A DNA stretch of 64,000 bases from Candidatus Hodarchaeota archaeon (GTDB lineage: Archaea; Asgardarchaeota; Lokiarchaeia; Sigyniarchaeales; SOKP01). This document shows, one piece after another, positions 58,540-64,000 of this stretch. The translations under genes and the position numbers were made by a program. Each line of letters begins with the position of its first letter. Positions within the stretch are counted from its first letter, which is position 1. The notes under the pieces were generated by a model. It was not told the DNA's origin. It ran no database searches and saw only the letters and a program-made list of their open reading frames with translations. Location: positions 170,958-234,957 of the forward strand of contig JBHLKM010000005.1 of assembly GCA_048886685.1 (NCBI GenBank). Direction: 5' to 3'.

Positions 58540-59031
58540 TTATAATTTTGTTCCACACATATGGCAAAATATTGCATCTCTATCTTGTTTTGCACCACAA
58601 TATCGGCAATAATTGATTTCCTCCACAACTGGAATACTTTTTTCTTGGGGTTTATCGAATAGTTCTGTATTTTGTTCTTCAGTAGATCTTGGTACTTTAT
58701 ATGGATTTAATACTGTATATGGATTTAATACAGTAATTTCTTTTTGATGAATTCTATTATGCTCATATATTGTTCTTTTTTTAGGAGGGCTATATGTCTT
58801 ACTCGTTGCTGCAGTAGCACAACAGACTAACATAATAATCATAAAAAAAACTGAAAATCCCCCGATCGTGTATATAATACCAGAATGAAATTCGGTTATT
58901 CTTGAACGATTGAAAAATAAGAAAAAGATAATTCCGAAAATTAAAAAAATAAGTAAGCCTACTACGGCTGCACCACTACTAGATCTACTATTTCTTCTTC
59001 TATCGGTTATAAATGGAGCTACAAATGCCAT
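58540..59031 (-). CDS. 2-TM protein with C-terminal zinc ribbon
   Basis: YCRYCG...FCHMCG; small TVLNPY x2 duplication. Confidence 0.8.
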   Translation of the reverse strand: MAFVAPFITDRRRNSRSSSGAAVVGLLIFLIFGIIFFLFFNRSRITEFHSGIIYTIGGFSVFFMIIMLVCCATAATSKTYSPPKKRTIYEHNRIHQKEITVLNPYTVLNPYKVPRSTEEQNTELFDKPQEKSIPVVEEINYCRYCGAKQDRDAIFCHMCGTKL

Positions 59032-59366
59032 TTTTCTTTATCCAAATTATATATAAATATATTTTTTTATATTTTTTATTAATCTTAATATATAGACATA
59101 TACTTATATATTTAAATGTTTTGATCTATGGGAGAATTCCGACAATACCGCGAAAAGCTTTTTTAATAAAAGTATTGAGATATATATATGTATATATAGA
59201 ACGAGATGAAAGACTTAAAAATATGGGGAAGATTTAGTATATATCCTTATATATGAATAGAAACATTTTTTAATGCCATTTACTCCTTTAATAAATAAGA
59301 TTAAAGTTTATTAATATAAAGATATATATTCAAATTGAGACATTAGTAAAAATCATAATTTCGGAG

Positions 59367-60113
59367 ATGATTCTTATCGCAAAGGAAAACGGCAAACTTG
59401 ATGACAAAATCGAGATTAAAGAGGCTGAACCTAAAGATAAACCTATATATGTCAAGGTAAGTGATGAAACTCGGGGTTTAATTGATAAATATAAAATTCA
59501 AGGAACTACTATTTCTGATCTCATAAGAAATGCGGTAAAATGTTATGATGATTTCAACTCCATCTCACCTGAAATTCATGCTACTATTGAGAAATATAGA
59601 GAAGAGGGAGAATCTGATATAGATTTTATCGAACGTGCGATTAAATATTTTGGTGATCAAAAAAATCTAGGTAGAGATCTCTGGGTGCGAGCGAGGGATG
59701 AAATGAAAATGATGTTGATTGGAAAAACTACTTTCAATCAACTAATTGCCGCCGCAGAAGCACCTGAAGAAAGCTTAGAAAAACCATGGCGCAAAAATGT
59801 AGCTATTGATATTATACTTTGGTATAATGAAGCAAAACCACTTAAAAATCTTTCAATAGAAGAAATAATTAAGACTATACAAAAAATGTGGGTAGTTGCG
59901 AATTATTTCCATACAATTGATGTCGTCAAAGAGAGTGAAGATGAATTTCATATCCTCTTCAGACATAGACAAAATAAGCGTTATAGCTCTTACTGGTTAG
60001 GGTATTTCACAGAATTATTTACTTCAGAGGAAATGCCATTTAAATGTCAAGTTGAAGGGCATGTCTTTGATGAGTCTTTATCAATGATAGTAAAAGTTGG
60101 ATACCAAAAATAA
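59367..60113 (+). CDS. putative regulator: tandem RHH-like units plus a V4R-like domain
   Basis: PIYVKVSDET...ISDLIRNAV and ISPEI...DFIERAI; C-terminal alpha/beta domain. Confidence 0.5.
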   Translation: MILIAKENGKLDDKIEIKEAEPKDKPIYVKVSDETRGLIDKYKIQGTTISDLIRNAVKCYDDFNSISPEIHATIEKYREEGESDIDFIERAIKYFGDQKNLGRDLWVRARDEMKMMLIGKTTFNQLIAAAEAPEESLEKPWRKNVAIDIILWYNEAKPLKNLSIEEIIKTIQKMWVVANYFHTIDVVKESEDEFHILFRHRQNKRYSSYWLGYFTELFTSEEMPFKCQVEGHVFDESLSMIVKVGYQK

Positions 60114-60421
60114 GTCATATAAAAAAGCAATTCTGTATTGTTTAAGTTTCTTTATCCAAATCCGTTAATTTCATTCTTTCTTATGTTTGATATGTTTTTT
60201 ATTTTATGGGTTATTAAACTCTCTTAAATCTGCGTTTAAGCATATTAGAATAGTCAAAACCACATGGAGTAAATCGATAGTTCTCAACCTTTTGTATAAT
60301 ATCACTTTCTCTCTTGATATTTTCTGCTTTTACAGCCCTTTTAAGCTTTTCTTTTTTACTTTTCCTAAAAAAATGAAACATATTTTAACAATTCCTTTTT
60401 TTATAATAAATCTTCTTTTGA

Positions 60422-62974
60422 TTATTCTTTATCTAAATCTGCCAACTTCTTCGTATGGTATTCAATATCTTCAATCCATTCTTTCTTATGTTTAATATGA
60501 CAAAAGCAATAACGTACTATTTTCCTTGCTTCTTGAAAGTGGGTTTTTGCCTTATCATACCTTCCAAGTTGTTCATAGCATTTTCCTAAACCAACATGAG
60601 ATGCCGGTATGAACCAGCCAGTAGGTTCAGTTTCTATTGCTTTTTTATATAATTTTATTGAGTTTTCATAATCCCCAATCGTCATTAAGATCTCGCCGTA
60701 AGAATCAAAATAATTTCCTTCATAGGGGGCTCTTTCAGTGAGAGCTTTAATAGTGTCAATCGCTGCCTTCTTATTCTCCTCATCATCAATACCTTTATCT
60801 CTTTTTTGGTCGTAAATATAAATATGCCAGTATGCTTTGCTATTATAAAGATCAAGTTCTTCAGGATTTTGCTTTATAATGTCATCAATTATTTGTAATC
60901 CTATCTCGTAATTTCCTAACATCTTAAAAACATATGCTTTTTGCATTAAAAATTGTTTTTCATTATCTGGGAATCGTTTCATATTCTCTTCTAATATTGA
61001 TAATGCTTCATCATATTTTTCTAACTCCGTAAGTATTTTAGACTTACTGTAATATAAATCTACAATCTCATCTGTTAAGCCTAGAGCAATATCAATTTCC
61101 TCAAGCGCTTCTTCCTCTTTATCCATTTGTTCCAAAATTGAACTTTTAAATTGATAATACCTAGCTTTATTCAAAACTTTAGAATCAACCTTAATTACTT
61201 CATCGATTAAATCCAATACATAATCCTCATTAACATCATCAACATCAAAATCATAAATAACACTATACCCATAAACTAATGCTCTTGCAGCAAGTACTAT
61301 TGGATGATCTGGATAAATTTCGAGTGTGTTGTTGATAATATCTAATGCTTCCTTTGGAGTACCTAAAGAAGTGTATGAATAAACAAGAATAAATGAAGAT
61401 GCTATATATATTCCCTCATCATCCCTAAAATGCTCAAAATCGATTTCCTCTTCAATTAAATTTATAGCTTCAACAAATTTGTTTACATGACAAAGAACCC
61501 TTGCTTTAAATAATTTAAATTCAATATCATCTAAACCTTTTTCAATCCTGGCATTTACAATTTCTAATGCTTTTTTATATTTGTGCTTATCTTTTAGTAT
61601 TTCTTTTACTTCCTCAACTATTGATGAAATACTGGGAACCACATAATAATCATCTATTATATCAAAAATATTTGGAATAAGGTAATAATTCTCTTGACTT
61701 TCATCAAATTCTTTAGGAGCTTCAGCAGCAGCACTATAGTATTGAAATTCCTGCCAAATTGTTCCCTCCAATTTATCTGTAATTTCCTCTAATTTTTTCT
61801 TCGTCTCCATTTTGTATGCCAGATAATTTATATATCCTGGTAAAAATACTCGCAATGATTCCTTTAAACCAACATTAAATAGACTATCACAAATTTCATC
61901 TAATATTGCGTTGACTGTGGATTCTATTGTTAATGAGGGCGTACCTTTTGAAGTCTTCTCATATAACTTATTTAAATATGTAAATTTCGTAATGTAGTCC
62001 TCTGTAATCGCACTTAAAACCTTCTCAATCTTTTCATTTGCTTGAAAAAAATACAATCTATCTCCATCAGGCTCTAACTTGAAAAATTTCGTAGCGTATA
62101 TGTCCTTTTCAATGATTTTTCGAATATTAAATTCAAGATCCAATTCATCGATATCATACCGCTTTGAGAAGTCTTCTGTCGAAATATAGGCAGGATATTG
62201 ATTTGGATGATTCATAGAAAGGTATAAAAGTATTTTGTTAAAATCCTCTTCGGTATCAATTGAACCCTTCAATTTTTCAAATGGTAATGTCAGTACATTA
62301 TTCAAAAATCGAAATTTAATATCAGAATTTACAATGTCGTACTTTTCGAAAAACCGGATCGTTTTCCTTGTAATCTCCTCAATCCTCTTACTCTCTTCAT
62401 TTAAAATCGATTGCCTGTCTAAATCATATGACCTTAACATTCGCGCATATTCCGCCTTACCTAATCGAGTAATCCGATACTCCTTAGCCTCATTTTTCCT
62501 AATAAATTCACCCTCCATCAACAAATTTAAATTCTTAGATAAAGATGATTGATTGATTCTTACCGGTGAATCTTCTTCTATAAAATCTGACCATTTTAAA
62601 TAATTATTATTATAGGCCATCCAAAGTATTATATGATCATAATTTCTTGAATCCTTTATTACCTTAGGAGGCCTATTCAATTTTCTCTTTGCTTCCTTTA
62701 CTTTTGATAATTCGTTATATCTTTCCTCTCCTCTAAATGTAATAATATATTTACCCCTCTCTATTTTCTCGACATACCCTTTCCTTTTTAACATCGTCAT
62801 ATAATTTGATAACGTTGATTGAGCGATATCGATAGGTTCACTTTTAAAATCTGACCACTCCACTTTCTCATTATTCTTCAACATCCAAAGGATAATATGT
62901 TCAAAATTCTTCCTTTCCGAAATCTGTGGATTTAAGATTTCCTCAGGTGGATAATTATTTGCTGTTCCACTCAT
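60422..62974 (-). CDS. tandem winged-helix + TPR repeat protein
   Basis: Duplicated HIILWM.NN...WSDF...QS(T/S)LS..L..G unit; multiple TPRs in the C-terminal half. Confidence 0.85.
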   Translation of the reverse strand: MSGTANNYPPEEILNPQISERKNFEHIILWMLKNNEKVEWSDFKSEPIDIAQSTLSNYMTMLKRKGYVEKIERGKYIITFRGEERYNELSKVKEAKRKLNRPPKVIKDSRNYDHIILWMAYNNNYLKWSDFIEEDSPVRINQSSLSKNLNLLMEGEFIRKNEAKEYRITRLGKAEYARMLRSYDLDRQSILNEESKRIEEITRKTIRFFEKYDIVNSDIKFRFLNNVLTLPFEKLKGSIDTEEDFNKILLYLSMNHPNQYPAYISTEDFSKRYDIDELDLEFNIRKIIEKDIYATKFFKLEPDGDRLYFFQANEKIEKVLSAITEDYITKFTYLNKLYEKTSKGTPSLTIESTVNAILDEICDSLFNVGLKESLRVFLPGYINYLAYKMETKKKLEEITDKLEGTIWQEFQYYSAAAEAPKEFDESQENYYLIPNIFDIIDDYYVVPSISSIVEEVKEILKDKHKYKKALEIVNARIEKGLDDIEFKLFKARVLCHVNKFVEAINLIEEEIDFEHFRDDEGIYIASSFILVYSYTSLGTPKEALDIINNTLEIYPDHPIVLAARALVYGYSVIYDFDVDDVNEDYVLDLIDEVIKVDSKVLNKARYYQFKSSILEQMDKEEEALEEIDIALGLTDEIVDLYYSKSKILTELEKYDEALSILEENMKRFPDNEKQFLMQKAYVFKMLGNYEIGLQIIDDIIKQNPEELDLYNSKAYWHIYIYDQKRDKGIDDEENKKAAIDTIKALTERAPYEGNYFDSYGEILMTIGDYENSIKLYKKAIETEPTGWFIPASHVGLGKCYEQLGRYDKAKTHFQEARKIVRYCFCHIKHKKEWIEDIEYHTKKLADLDKE

Positions 62975-63202
62975 GATATTTTCACTAATAAGTTCATTTA
63001 AAGTACTAATATTTTGTGAATAATTCTACAAATAATGTATAATTCAACTCATATTTAAGGTTTCTTGTTCATAATGTAGCTTGAACTACACTTGAAGTAC
63101 AGACTACCACTGAAGTATTGCACTAGAAACTATATATTGGTGCAATTCTTCATATTAATTAAGAAAAAAAAGAAAAAAAAAGTAAAAAGAGTTAGAAAAA
63201 AA

Positions 63203-63466
63203 ATGGAAAAATTAGAGCAAGTGGATATAGATTGTGTAAGTGCGCTGGAGTGCGCGAAAATTGAAGTCTGTATAGAAATACCAGATGAGAAAATTAAACC
63301 AATCGAAAAGACCAAGGTTCATGAAAAGCCAGTCAAATCTCGGTTATCAAAGTTATTTAAGAAGTCAAGGTTAAATGCAAAGTACGTAGAAGAGTTAATT
63401 CCCGTTGAAAGTTTAAAATACAGACACGATTTAAGGATTTATGAAAAAAGTCATTTAATCTTTTAA
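63203..63466 (+). CDS. hypothetical 87-aa protein
   Basis: ATG 63203 (MEKLEQVDIDC...) is more plausible than the track start, whose extension translates an A-rich leader. Confidence 0.5.
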   Translation: MEKLEQVDIDCVSALECAKIEVCIEIPDEKIKPIEKTKVHEKPVKSRLSKLFKKSRLNAKYVEELIPVESLKYRHDLRIYEKSHLIF

Positions 63467-63583
63467 AATAATAAACAAAGAAGAAAAAAGGATGAGAAGT
63501 ATGAAGAAAGGACCTGTGTGTTATCTTTATTACACCATAAAAAGTAAGAGAGACAAAAAAAATCAAAAAGGAGGTAAATAAAA

Positions 63584-63652
63584 ATGAGCAAAAGAATGTT
63601 AGAGAGAAGAGAGTTAATAATCATAACTAATTTAATTTACCGAATGAGGTAA
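63584..63652 (+). CDS. putative 22-aa peptide
   Basis: GGAGGT at 63570-63575, ATG 63584, MSKRMLERRELIIITNLIYRMR*, followed by T-rich tract. Confidence 0.45.
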   Translation: MSKRMLERRELIIITNLIYRMR

Positions 63653-63701
63653 ATAATTTTTTTTCTATTTTTAATTTTTTATGACACTCATATTTTTATC
63701 A

Positions 63702-63795
63702 ACTCATCGAAGCCAAAGAAGCGGTATCTTTTCCATTTCCATCGTGGCTTCACATCAGGAGCAGGGGCGGGGCTCTGATCCGCCCAAATTCCCAC
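63702..63795. ncRNA. candidate structured RNA (two hairpins), strand uncertain
   Basis: GC-rich island; stems GAAGCCA/TGGCTTC and GGGCGG/CCGCCC. Confidence 0.4.
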
Positions 63796-64000
63796 TTTTA
63801 CAAACCTAAAAACCCAAACCAGTGAAAGAATATTTTCTATACATGATTCTAACTCATCAAAAACATAAAGAAGAAGCTGTTGGACATTTTTTTGATAAGA
63901 ATGTAAAAATTTAAATAAAATTGAAAAAAATTACTATTACCACGAAATCTAATTCAAATAAAACAAATAGTAAAAGGAGAAAATTAAATTATGCCTTATA

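Noticed and set aside
59013-59270. TATATA-rich tract and 74-aa ORF as an origin or gene
   Set aside because: Low-complexity divergent promoter region; no ORB-like repeats or cdc6 nearby
63092-63202. Poly-Lys N-terminal extension of the last ORF
   Set aside because: Translation of an A-rich leader; ATG 63203 preferred
419-63566. Many 60-110 aa antisense or overlapping ORFs in the track (e.g. 419..724, 1000..1251, 18121..18408, 36343..36654, 49933..50253, 62235..62552)
   Set aside because: They overlap well-supported genes and lack motifs, so they are treated as shadow ORFs

Overview
AT-rich archaeal chromosome segment. The gene content (actin-related protein, gelsolin domain, two roadblock proteins, Rab-like and MglA-like GTPases, bacterial-type gyrase, multi-PAS kinase, wHTH-TPR proteins) points to an Asgard archaeon, most likely Lokiarchaeia; this is inference from content, not a phylogeny. 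Housekeeping and metabolic genes include asnS-gatA-gatB, a cofE-like/folP divergon, gyrB-gyrA, a DEAD-box helicase, nnrE/D, tRNA-Thr(GGU), an intron-containing tRNA-Met(CAU), a MarR-controlled flavoprotein operon and a NfeD-flotillin pair. The most notable region is a co-oriented minus-strand cluster at about 33.0-42.9 kb: gelsolin, roadblock, an unannotated 41-aa ORF, a Cdc48-N-like/polyproline/vWA protein, an AbrB-ACT regulator, a coiled-coil protein, a divergent actin, a CHAT protein lacking its catalytic dyad and a PLD-fold protein lacking HKD. It looks like a cytoskeleton-linked scaffold or signalling module built from pseudoenzymes. I also found three small ORFs below the track cutoff, a probable CTG start, a triple-frameshifted MBL hydrolase, tandem palindromic operators and a GC-rich structured RNA candidate. 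No CRISPR array, rRNA, integrase or transposase was recognised. All calls come from motif reading by eye; no searches were run.
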